A stretch of 64,000 bases of DNA from Epithemia pelagica (taxonomy: Eukaryota; Protista; Bacillariophyta): contig OX337230.1 of assembly GCA_946965045.2 (NCBI GenBank), forward strand, positions 3,038,001 through 3,102,000, read 5' to 3'. A model generated the notes under the pieces. It saw only the letters and a program-made list of their open reading frames with translations. It did not search any database and was not told the DNA's origin. A program made the position numbers and the translations under genes. Below are positions 1 to 10,610 of this stretch, piece after piece; positions within the stretch are counted from its first letter, which is position 1; every line of letters begins with the position of its first letter.

Positions 1-573
1 GGCGTAAGCCATAAAGGTGTTTGCGACACCGTTCAAGGCGTCAAGGAAAATCCCGACTTGGGAACTGCGCGTTTCTTCACTGAAACGGAATGGAAGGGCG
101 GTGCTCAAGTGGAAACAACGTTCTCCAAGTTTGAGCATCCTAAAGGGATTATTCAAGCTCGCGATGAACCTCTCGTGTTGGCTGGCGACGAGCCCACAGT
201 TCTGCTGGGGAAGGACATTGGTCCTGGTCCTACTGAGACGGTGTTGCATGGGGTTGGAAATTGTATTTCTGTTGGAGCTTCGTACTTTGCCGCTGCTCAG
301 AACATTAAGCTTCACGAGTTTTCGTTGGAATTTGATGGTGACGTGAACTTGCAAGGCTTTGCAGATGTCAATGACTTTGTCACTCCAGGATATTCGGCCA
401 TTCGTGCAAAACTCAGGGCCCGAGCCTCAGGATGTACGAAGGAAGAGCTCCTGGCTTTTATGCAGACGTTGCCGGACCGTAGTCCAATTTGTGATTCGGT
501 TGGCAAGCCCGTCCACACGACCTTTGGACTGACTCACAACGGAAAGGAGATTTCTGGCTTGGACGGGAACTAG
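1..573 (+). CDS. OsmC/Ohr-family protein, 5'-partial (frame open from base 1)
   Basis: Frame 1 is open from the window edge (GVSHKGVCDTVQGVKENPDLGTARF...). It carries the OsmC-type motifs DEP..L.G.D.GP.PTE...GVGNC and RSPICDSV with both conserved Cys. Stop TAG at 571-573. Confidence 0.8.
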   Translation, partial: GVSHKGVCDTVQGVKENPDLGTARFFTETEWKGGAQVETTFSKFEHPKGIIQARDEPLVLAGDEPTVLLGKDIGPGPTETVLHGVGNCISVGASYFAAAQNIKLHEFSLEFDGDVNLQGFADVNDFVTPGYSAIRAKLRARASGCTKEELLAFMQTLPDRSPICDSVGKPVHTTFGLTHNGKEISGLDGN

Positions 574-718
574 GGTTGACCAGCATTAATCCAACCAGGA
601 AGCCAGATGATGAAGAATGTACGCTGGGAACCAAAGCAGGCATATCAATGAAAAACTGCCAGTATAAAGACTAATGCCAAGATAATAATGAGTATCAACG
701 AGAAGATTTAACGTTACT

Positions 719-761
719 CCCCCCCACCCCCACCCCCACCCCACACACACACACACACACA
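719..761. repeat. Compound microsatellite, (CCCCA)n-like run followed by (CA)n
   Basis: Read directly: cccccccacccccacccccaccccacacacacacacacacaca. Confidence 0.9.
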
Positions 762-1067
762 GACTCTTACTACGAGTATTGTAGAAATATAGTAGTGTAC
801 TCGACATTCATTGCGGACGGCGGACGCTCCTTTTCTTAGGTAGCTTCCTTCGATCTACTGACAAGCCACCGACGGTAAGTTTTCCACGCAAAACTCTATA
901 TCTGACATCTGACTGACCGTTGTTGTGACGTTCAGTAACGAAAAAGCGACGGGCGTATCTCCACGACTCACGAGATGATGCAAAGGCGCTCGCGATTCGT
1001 TCGACTATCTTGAACGACAGAAGACGAAAGAAAGTTACCACTGAGGAACATCTTAAATTGATTCACC

Positions 1068-2211
1068 ATGTTAGGAGGCGGATTCAGCTCGACAAAGCTT
1101 AAGACCCGTAAGTGTGAATATGGACCATTATTGTCGTCCGTTTCGGAATCAATCCAAGGGTCTTGTCTTTTTCTCATCTCCGTTTCTCCATCGACTGCTC
1201 CCAATAATTTTAGAGCTGAAGATGGCCGTAAGTCGGATCCAGATTGCGTCAAATAAGAAAACAGCTCTGTTGAAGCAGAGCATGCGCGAGGTTGCTGTCT
1301 TGTTGGCAGAAGAGCCACCGAAGGAAGAAATGGCAGGCATCAAAGCCGAGGCGTTAATTCGTGACGACCATTTGCTGGAAGCGTTGGAAATTATACAGTT
1401 GGAATGTGAAATGTTGCACGAACGAATCAAACTTATCGACTTTACCAAAACATGCCCACCAGACTTGGTTTCAGTGGTCTCAACTGTCATCTGGGCGTCT
1501 CATCGCGTTGACATTCCTGAGTTGCAACTTGTTCGAAAGCAGTTTCGTGCCAAATATGGCAAAAAGTTTGAAGAGAATGCCCTTGCGAATAGAGACAACG
1601 TATTGAACGATCGCGTGGTTGCAAAACTGTCGGTTCAACCTCCTGCAGCATACTTGGTACAGTGCTACCTGGAACGCATATGTGATCAGTTTGAAGTCGA
1701 ATGGAAGCCCAAGGTCAGGTTGAGCGCCTCACAATTGGTCGAACCAATGGTGGCACCTTCTGGCTATTCGGTTGGTGCTGGACAAGGAACAGGTACGTGT
1801 GCATGGTAAGGCGAATCTTTAGAGGCGAAAGGCAACTTGCTTATCGGGTTTGTTGTCTCTCCAGGGCTCGGAGGTTCCAAGATTGTAGAGTCAGTTGAAA
1901 ACGAAGCCCCGGCGGCGAATGTCGCAAAACCGCTTGGTCCTCCGCCAACAGCGCCGCCCGTGGTAACAGCAAAGCCCTATGTTCCCACAGCTTCCTCGAA
2001 AGAAGATTATGAGGAGGTTGACATTTTTGTCCCTCCCACAGCTCCATCGTTCGATCCCAACCAACCCAACAACCTTACGGACGGAAAAGACAACAATGAT
2101 GACAATGCTCCATCTTCACGAGGAGGGGGGTCGTCCACCGGTCAGGGAAGTACGACATCGGCTTCCTACGAAGATCTGGCCGCGCGGTTTAACAACCTAA
2201 AGAACATTTAA
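1068..2211 (+). CDS. IST1: IST1 (ESCRT-III-associated regulator of Vps4), intact, 3 exons
   Basis: Exons 1068-1107, 1214-1792 and 1865-2211; introns 1108-1213 and 1793-1864 are GT..AG. The spliced protein reads MLGGGFSSTKLKTQLKMAVSRIQ...LIRDDHLLEALEII...VIWASHRVDIPEL...NDRVVAKLSVQPP and ends YEDLAARFNNLKNI, a MIM-like C-terminus matching the IST1 family. Confidence 0.92.
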
Positions 2212-2805
2212 GATTTTGTTGTTTCGGTGACTCGCGAGACCGGCACGTGAGCTTGGAAGTATGTTTGTTTCGTTTCCTCCTGGATACAGTGTGCGCGCAT
2301 TCCGCGAAAGAGAGGTGTTCTTTTCGGTCATCTTGTGCGGAGGTGGGGAAATATAGTTGGAGAGACGGCTCTCTTCTCGCGTCTTTTTCGTTCCTCTAGG
2401 CTCTCCTACGAGTATGGACGTATGGTCGATATATTGCAGGAGTATGTCTGTGTACCTGATGGCGATCTTTATTCCAAAGTATCAAAGCGATCGTTTTGTG
2501 GGCCATACCAATCCCAACACAAGTTACTACTCCTAGGAGCAGGAGGAGTAGTTAGAGAGCACTCGATTGAGATGTTGAGCACGTAGATAGACTCGTGACT
2601 AACGGGTCGTTGCCAGCCGCGAGAAGAAAGGTCTTGCGCGGTAGATGCCCATTCGTCCTATCGTGGACAAGACAAGGACGAAAGATTATGACGACAATGA
2701 TGATGCATTGAATTGAATGGGTGAGGCGTTTCAAGAGCAGGAGGGTAACAAGAAAACAACATCTGAGATTTGTGAGCTTGGTCCGCCGTATTGGATTTAG
2801 ATAGT
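1222..2805 (+). repeat. Copy A of a ~1.55-kb direct segmental duplication (IST1 body plus downstream intergenic DNA)
   Basis: Aligns by eye with 9012-10565. Identity begins at ATGGCCGTAAGTCGG and ends at GGATTTAGATAGTG. Confidence 0.93.
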
Positions 2806-2884
2806 GTCCAGTCATATCTTTTTCATTGGATCTCTTGTTGCTTCTTATTCCTCGGGAAGGCTCCTCGGCTCCTCGGCTGCCGTC

Positions 2885-4070
2885 ATGTCCCGTTTCTTTT
2901 CTACCAAAGATGGCGCACCGGGATATATTGGTCCGAAGCGACTGCTCTACGAACGAAAACCCGTTACGGATTTGTGGAACAAATTAACTTTGGTTGCGAG
3001 GCAGCAATGGAAATGGAAGAATGTAGGCAACAAACATGATGACGCATTCTTGCAAGCTAAAACAAGACTTTTGCAGGTCTATGGACCTCCTGGTTCCGGA
3101 AAGACTTGTGCGACGTTTGGTTGGGCACGATCGGTTTGTGAGAAGTGCAGTGGCACCCGAGCCCTGTGGATTTCCTGCGCCGCTGAGGCGGTGAAATGTT
3201 GGTCAATCGAGCGAGAACAAGGCACAGGCACGGTGGTGGTCCGGGAGCAACCCACCCCACAAAATGCCAACGAAGCTGGGGATGCCATGATTGTAGTATT
3301 CGATGGCGTTCGCCCGGAAACGCTCAATCGATGGAGAGGCTTGATGAACGAGATTGCAAGGTTGGGGATTGCAGTGATTGCTGTGTCTTCTGAGGGAGTT
3401 TTGTTCCATGAAGGGGACTCTCAGGACATATATAAACTGCAACATTTTGTACCTTCGTGGACACTGGAAGAGGCTTTGGCAGCTTCGAATTCGAATGTTT
3501 TCTGGCAGACATGCTACAGAAACTTCTCAAATGCAATGCCGAACGATGATGCGACGCAGAGAAATGCAAAGGTACAAGAAAAATTTCGGATTGCTGGAAA
3601 TTCGGCCCGCTTCTTGTTTGACAGTCCGGAAAGCCTTGTAGAGGAAGAAATAAAAGCGAAGGCAAGGTCGTTGAACGGCATTGATACCTTAGAACAAGCA
3701 GTCAGAAACTCTCGAAGCCGTGGAGCTGTCAACACATTGATTGCACGTTTGCAAGAAAACAAGAACGGGCTTACACCAGAACAAAGAGCCATTTTTCCTA
3801 GGGATGCTGATTGATTGGCAGTTGCAGAGGTTTTTGATGATCTCAATTTCCGCCAGGAAGAGAGAGACAAAGAGAATTCTGCACCCCAGCTCGTTAGCGA
3901 ATATGCATCCAGTGAAGTACTCAAGAGTATTCCATCAACCATCGCAAGGTGGCGATCGATTGCCCGAGCTCTTTCGAATAGAGTTATCGAAGGATACGCT
4001 TTTGAGGAACAACTGAAAAAAGCCTTAAGGAGGCCTTTCTCAGCTCTCAACACCATCTGGTTGTACTGGA
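2885..4070 (+). pseudogene. Crinkler/RHS-like (CR) P-loop NTPase, 5' part of a disrupted gene
   Basis: Walker A VYGPPGSGKT, Walker-B-like IVVFDG, and KFRIAGNSARFLF resembling the CRN AGGSAR motif. There is an in-frame TGA at 3812-3814 and a probable frameshift in the A-run at ~4016-4021, and the gene is cut by the LTR element at 4071. Confidence 0.7.
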
Positions 4071-4299
4071 TGTTGAGGATAGCAGAGCAACCGGTGAATA
4101 TAGAGGACCAAGGTGCGACTGGCCATTCGCAAGATATAGGCCATTCGCAAGATGCGGAATCATGGACATTGGTTTGTAGACGTGGCAAAAGCAACGAAAG
4201 AACGAACAAGGGAGCCAACGCTCATTCAATGGAGAATACGTAGTTCGATAAGCCTATAAAGAGTTGCTTTTACGGCACGGCTTGTTAGAAGTTTCAACA
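4071..4299 (+). repeat. 5' LTR (229 bp)
   Basis: TGTTGAGG...TTTCAACA. Differs from the 3' LTR by 2 transitions and contains an internal GGCCATTCGCAAGAT duplication. Confidence 0.96.
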
Positions 4300-4356
4300 T
4301 ATTCTCCATTGAAATCATTACACTAAGTACCTCCGTTGTTGACGTGAAGTACTCTT

Positions 4357-5055
4357 ATGAGTAAAGAGGGCACGAGTGACCGCGTACAATCTTTATTATC
4401 GGAACTGGCCCAACTCACTATCGAACAAGAGGATCTCTTACACGAAGCGGAACAGCGCTACCAACAACGCTTTCGCACCAAGGAGGCGCAGCATCGCGAG
4501 GCCATCGCTGCACTGGAGCGACAACGAGAAATCGAAAGAGACAACGATTACGAGGAAACGGAGATTCGGAAACAGCTGATCTTCGAGGAGATACAGGAAA
4601 AGCGACACACGTTGCTAGACAAAATCAAGCGGGCTGAGCGAGGCCCATCAACCTGCGCGACTACATACCCAGAGCACTCCGCTGAAGCGTATCTTGTGGA
4701 ACCGAACCAAGAAAACCCGAACCAAGAAAACAATTCGGAAGATAATCAAGAACGTCGCGCATCTACAGTCGCTCTCGTTGACCTGAGCCGAGAAACACCG
4801 GACGGTGAAATCGAAACAGAAACAATCATCCCCGCTATTCCACCACAAAGAGGCGTACTCCCACGGTGGATTCCAATTGGAACTCGCGTTTGGGTATTGA
4901 ATACTCTCAAGTTGAAGGAAACAGTGGGACGAACACATCTCCAAGGCACAGTGTCGCGCCACGGCACATTATATCACTTTATCAAGATTTGGAATCCCAT
5001 CACCAAAGATACAGAAGAACACCGCCGCCATCGTGACAGCATTGCGATTGTTTAA
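4357..5055 (+). CDS. Extra ORF upstream of gag: coiled-coil N-terminus plus a small predicted beta-rich (KOW/SH3-like) C-terminus
   Basis: A 232-aa ATG-initiated ORF inside the LTR-bounded unit, ending 5 bp before the gag ATG. The fold assignment is inference. Confidence 0.7.
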   Translation: MSKEGTSDRVQSLLSELAQLTIEQEDLLHEAEQRYQQRFRTKEAQHREAIAALERQREIERDNDYEETEIRKQLIFEEIQEKRHTLLDKIKRAERGPSTCATTYPEHSAEAYLVEPNQENPNQENNSEDNQERRASTVALVDLSRETPDGEIETETIIPAIPPQRGVLPRWIPIGTRVWVLNTLKLKETVGRTHLQGTVSRHGTLYHFIKIWNPITKDTEEHRRHRDSIAIV

Positions 5056-5060
5056 ACGAG

Positions 5061-8000
5061 ATGTCTCAACAAGACAACGCAAATCGTCCAGACACGGTTG
5101 AGTCTAGCTCCCGGTCGAGTGGACAACGTCAAGGCAGAGGTGGACGTGGAAGAGGACGAGGATGGCAGAATCAGGCTCAACAATCCAACTCGCCTAGATT
5201 TCAAGGCCAAGAACCATCGCTTAAAGAATGCATATTCGACTACAGTGAGGATCCGCAATCGAAGCGCTATCTACAAAACGTCGAGTTATTGATCGGCTAC
5301 GTCGGTAGTAATTTTGATCGACACAATCAAGAGTTCCAACAAGCACTCGAAGCATTGGAACTACCCGACCCAGAAGAAGCAACAAAACCAAAAGACCCCA
5401 CAGATATGATCCAAGTGGAAGAGTGGAAGATGGCGTACAAAGCACGCCAAGATCAAATGGTCCTTTACAAAAACTTTCGGGCAGCTCTATACAGCTTGAT
5501 TATGGGACAGTGTACTCCGCTACTCAAGGATAAGCTACAGGCCCACGAGACCTTTGGAGAGATCAAGAAGATGCGTGACGGTGTGGATCTCTTGAAACTT
5601 ATCAAGCAAATCACATTCACCTTTGATTCCGGACGCATATTCACTCTTGTCGCCCGAGATAAGCTCAAGGAAGATTTCTATAGTCTGAGGCGACGAAATA
5701 ATCAAAGCCTCCATTCCTATTACGAGGTATTCCGAGCCAAAGTCAAGGTCATGAATGAAGCCGGGATTGTCCTGTACGATAAGGACATGTTGGAACGAGT
5801 GGCGAAGGAAAAGAAACACACAACACCTTCTTCCGACGACCACGAGGACGCCCAAAATGGTTGTATTGCCATTCGATTCATCCGATCTTGTGGCAACAAG
5901 GAGTACGAAGCACATTTGCAAAATATGTTCTTGGATGGACAGAATGTATACCCCAAGACGCTTGCCAATGCTCGTGCGATCCTGGACAATCGAATGACAG
6001 GAAAACCAAAGAACAATCCTGGTCAGAGCAACGGTCAGCCCGACAACGCCACCGGTGTGGCGTATGTAACAAGTGGAGAGACGAGTTTGCCCGATTCCAC
6101 CATGACAGGCCACTCCAATGCGACAACTGCAACAGGAGCACATGCAAGTGGCTCCCAAGCCTCGACAACACAGAGTCGCTCAAATCGAACCAACTCACAA
6201 GCCGAGGGTAACAATGAATCCAATCGAGGTGTGCTAACCTCATCAAACAGGGGCTCAACCGTCAACTGCGACTCACCTAATTATGCTTTCTCTTCCTCTA
6301 CCATGCAGGCTAGCATTCCCCCTCAATGACTGTTACTGGACAATCAGTCCACCGTTGACATCATCAAAGATCCATCCTTATTAAAAAATATTCACTCGTC
6401 TGAGACTCCCATCGTCATTCAGAGTCATGCCGGACAGAGGACTCTTCAGTTGCGAGGACTCCTGCCTGGATATGGCATCGTATGGCATGATCCTGAGGGT
6501 CCAGCCAACATCATCTCCCTAAACAACGCACACACAAGATTTCACATCAAATATGACAGCGACCGTGGAAATTCATTTGCCTTACATGACCGAGCCACTG
6601 GTAGGCTAAAACACAAGTTCAATCCAAGCCCAGAAGGTTTATTCTACCTGGATACATCGACGTTACAGAGTAGCTTCGTAACAACTGTTAGCGAAAACGA
6701 AGATTCTTACTCCCCGGAAGAAATTCGTAGAGCCAAGCTGGCCAGATCACTCCTAGCGAAGATAGGACGGCCTTCTACTAAGGATTATCTTCATATCCTA
6801 AGGCACAACCTACTACCAAACGCTAACATTACTACTGACGATGTATACAGGGCCGAGAAGATCTACGGACCAGATTTGGGAACGCTCAAAGGCAAGACAA
6901 CGAGACGTAAGTCCCCATTTGTCGACACGTCCACGACAGTACCACCTCGTATTGCTGAGAAGCACAAGGATGTCACATTGACCATTGACGTCATGCACGT
7001 GAACAATGTACCATTCCTTGTCACCACGTCAAGGAAAATACATTTCGGGACGATAGACGCCATACAATCAACCACTGACACCAATATCATACAATCCCTG
7101 AAGAAGACTGTGGCAGTTTACCGACGTGGCGGGATTAGACCGAGAATTGTGTTGGCTGATGGTGCATTTACAAGTGATGATATGCAAGCCAGTCTTCAAC
7201 TGCTCGGCATCACCATCAATCCCACTGTCAGGGACGAGCATGTAGGTGATGTGGAACGTTACATCAGGACTGTGAAGGAGAGGATGCGCTGTGTTTATAA
7301 CACGCTTCCTTTCGATGCCCTACCGAAGGTCATGTTGATAGAACTGGCCAAATTTGCCACGTTTTGGTTTGATCCTGCGTCTAGAAGGTGACCCAATGAT
7401 GCATCTGTGGTGGTGGGTTGACGCATCTTATGCGACTCACCCCGATCTAAAAGGACACACTGGGGGTTTCATGACCATGGGAAAAGGAGCAGTGGTGACG
7501 GCTTCATCGAAACAAAAACTCGTGGCCCGTAGTTCAACTGAATGTGAACTCATTGGGGTACACGATGTACTCCCGTCTATCATCTGGACCAAGAATTTCA
7601 TACAGGCCCAAGGCCATGAGATCAAGGACGTAACCCTACATCAAGACAATCAGAGTAGTATTCTATTGGCGAAAAATGGACGGCTATCCAGTTCGAAGCG
7701 AACCAAACATATCAACCTTCGCTACTTTTATATCACGGACTGCATCAAGCGCAAAGAAATGGATATTGCATTCTGTCCGACTGAAGAGATGGTCGCCGAT
7801 TTTTTTACCAAGCCATTACAAGGTCGCATCTTCTACCAATTGCGTGATATCATCATGAATGTACCATCGGATAGTAAATATCATTCCTCGGCACAAAGGA
7901 GTGTGTTGAGGATAGCAGAGCAACCGGTGAATATAGAGGACCAAGGTGCGACTGGCCATTCGCAAGATATAGGCCATTCGCAAGATGCGGAATCATGGAC

Positions 8001-8076
8001 ATTGGTTTGTAGACGTGGCAAAAGCAACGAAAGAACGAGCAAGGAAGCCAACGCTCATTCAATGGAGAATACGTAG
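5061..8076 (+). pseudogene. Copia gag-pol: gag, TGA, protease, integrase core fused by deletion to RNase H
   Basis: Gag 5061-6326, TGA 6327-6329, then in-frame LLLDNQSTVDII (protease). Integrase DDE motifs TIDVMHVN / LADGAF / EHVGDVERYIR. Junction at ~7362-7370 switches frame to the RNase H motifs WVDASYA...SSTECELIG...QDNQS...RTKHI...MVADFFTKPL. No RT YVDD motif is present. Confidence 0.9.
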
Positions 8077-8132
8077 TTCGATAAGCCTATAAAGAGTTGC
8101 TTTTACGGCACGGCTTGTTAGAAGTTTCAACA
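7904..8132 (+). repeat. 3' LTR (229 bp)
   Basis: Near-identical to 4071-4299. The RNase H frame runs through it to TAG at 8074-8076. Confidence 0.96.
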
Positions 8133-8591
8133 CTGGAACACACAACCATTGGAAGCTCCACGGAACACCCTATTACCTATACTGTTGAGCATTTCATGCA
8201 ATGCAAAGCAAGCGAGTTGAAACACACCCTGCAGAACACCCGCTTGCCAAATACCTGGATTTTTGTTTCCGAGAATCAAGGAGCGTTCGATGCCGTGCAC
8301 GTACAATCGAGAACACACATACGCTTCGTTCAATGCACCGTCGGAAAGACGCACTCTTTCTATTTGTATGTCATTGACAGTATCCTCCAGGCGTTGGCCG
8401 AACAAGACATTCGTTGGACGCACATTGAATTCTTGGTTCTCCGACCTGATAGCGAACGTGGCAAGCCTTTTCGTTTAGACCCAGCTCGAGGTGCCTATGG
8501 GGACAACTATTTTCGGTTCGACGGTCAACCATGGGATCGTCGAGACTATCGCAACAACGTGAGGTATGCCCTTCTAGAATGGACCGAGTAA
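8133..8591 (+). pseudogene. 3' part of the CR-like gene: PD-(D/E)XK restriction-endonuclease-like domain
   Basis: After the TSD: LEHTTIG...ENQGAFDAVHVQ...IRFVQCTVGKTHS, the typical CRN C-terminal REase pattern (D...Q.T...H). It joins the upstream frame KSLKEAFLSSQHHLVV across CTGGA. Confidence 0.68.
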
Positions 8592-9011
8592 GCAGATAAA
8601 CATTCTGATCATTATCGGGTCTCAAAACGTTTCCCAATACTTGCCCCAACGCCGGTTTTATCAATTTTTGCGCTGTTGGGTTTCACAAACATGTACCTGT
8701 TTATGGCTATAACGGAACAATGCCGGTTGAAAGATATTTCCGCGATGGGTAATACGTCGACGTTGAACTGGAGAGAAAGGGGCCCTGTCTTAATCGCTGC
8801 GCAATCAACGAAGTCATCCGTGAAGAGCTGAGCCCTAGACGCACTCCGCTTTGTCTCGGAGAAGTAATTGGCATTGCGACGGCCCTGGCCATGCCCGGAT
8901 TCGGTTTGGTCAAGAATAACTGCCGCAGAAAGCCATTGGTCGCAATGAGCTAGACGAGTGCAACAACTCTCTCTCGATTTAGTGGTGTGCATCACCTAGT
9001 TGTCCAAAGAA

Positions 9012-9990
9012 ATGGCCGTAAGTCGGATCCAGGTTGCGTCAAATAAGAAAACAGCGTTGTTGAAACAGAGCATGCGCGAGGTTGCTGTCTTGTTGGCAGA
9101 AGAGCCACCGAAGGATGAAATGGCAGGCATCAAAGCCGAGGCGTTGATTCGTGACGACCATATCTTGTAAGTGTTGGAAATTATCCAGTTGAAATTTGAA
9201 ATGTTGCACGAACGAATCAAACTTATCAACTTTACCAAAACATGCCCACCAGACTTGGTTTCAGTGGTCTCAACTGTCATCTGGGCGTCTCATCGCGTTG
9301 ACATCCCTGAGTTGAAAGCAGTTTCGTGTCAAATATGGCAAAAAGTTTGAAGAGAATGCCCTTGCGAATAGAGACAACGTATTGAACGATCGCGTGGTTG
9401 CAAAACTGTCGGTTCAACCTCCTGCAGCATACTTGGTACAGTGCTACCTGGAACGCATATGTGATCAGTTTGAAGTCGAATGGAAGCCCAAGGTCAGGTT
9501 GAGCGCCTCACAATTGGTCGAACCAATGGTGGCACATTCTGGCTACTCGGTTGGTGCTGGACAAGGAACAGGTACGTGTGCATGGTAAGGCGAATCTTTA
9601 GAGGCGAAAGGCAACTTGCTTATCGGGTTGGTTGTCTCTCCAGGGCTCGGAGGTTCCAAGATTGTAGAGTCAGTTGAAAACGAAGCCCCGGCGGCGAATG
9701 TCGCAAAACCGCTTGGTCCTCCGCCAACAGCGCCGCCCGTGGTAACAGCAAAGCCCTATGTTCCCACATCTTCCTCGAAAGAAGATTATGAGGAGGTTGA
9801 CATTTTTGTCCCTCCCACAGCTCCATCGTTCGATCCCAACCAACCCAACAACCTTACGGACGGAAAAGACAACAATGATGACAATGCTCCATCTTCACGA
9901 GGAGGGGGGTCGTCCACCGGTCAAGGAAGTACCACATCGGCTTCCTACGAAGATCTGGCAGCGCGGTTTAACAACCTAAAGAACATTTAA
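9012..9990 (+). pseudogene. IST1: 5'-truncated IST1 pseudogene (keeps intron 2, so DNA-level duplication)
   Basis: Lacks exon 1, has TAA at ~9167-9169 and an 11-bp deletion near 9315. The 3' two-thirds is ~99% identical to the intact copy. Confidence 0.9.
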
Positions 9991-10565
9991 GATTTTGTTG
10001 ATTCGGTGACTCGCGAGACCGGCACGTGAGCTTGGAAGTATGTTTGTTTCGTTTCCGCCTGGATGCATTCCGCGAAAGAGAGGTGTCCTTTTCGGTCATC
10101 TTGTGCGGAGGTGGGGAAATATAGTTGGAAGAGACGGTTCTCTTCTCGTCTTTTTCGTTCCTCTAGACTCTCCTACGAGTATGGACGTATCCGTATGGTC
10201 TATATTGCAGGAGTATGTCTATATACCTGATGGCGATCTTTATTCCAAAGTATCAAAGCGATCGTTTTATGGGCCATCCCAATCCCAACAGTTAGAGACC
10301 ACTCGATTGAGATGTAGAATGTAGAGCATGTCGATAGACTCGTGACTAACGGGTCTTTGCCAGTCGTGAGAAGAAAGGTCTTGCGCGGTAGATTTCCGAG
10401 TACGCCCATTCGTCCTGTCGTCGGCAAGACAAGGACGAAAGATTACGGCGACAATGATGATGCACTGAATTGAATGGGTGAGGCGTTTCAAGAGCAGGAG
10501 GGCAAAACAAGAAACCAACATCTGAGATTTGTGAGCTTGGTCCGCCGTATTGGATTTAGATAGTG
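9012..10565 (+). repeat. Copy B of the ~1.55-kb direct segmental duplication
   Basis: Aligns with 1222-2805; several indels in the intergenic part. Confidence 0.93.
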
Positions 10566-10610
10566 CCAAGGCAGGCAGAATTCGAAGACACTGTCTTCCT
10601 TTCTTCCATC

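Larger units (their letters stand above)
4071..8132 (+). mobile_element. Ty1/copia (CoDi-like) LTR retrotransposon, internally deleted (no RT), 4062 bp
   Basis: Two 229-bp TG...CA LTRs and a 5-bp TSD CTGGA (4066-4070 and 8133-8137). Domain order is gag-PR-IN-RH. A purine-rich AAAGGAGTG precedes the 3' LTR. Confidence 0.95.

Noticed and set aside
3815-4243. 142-aa ORF as an independent gene
   Set aside because: It is a chimera of CR pseudogene sequence reading into the 5' LTR.
8612-8995. 127-aa minus-strand ORF between the CR gene and the IST1 fragment (its GHGQG is faintly like the DOT1 motif)
   Set aside because: No supporting motifs and no convincing ATG context; left as unexplained DNA.
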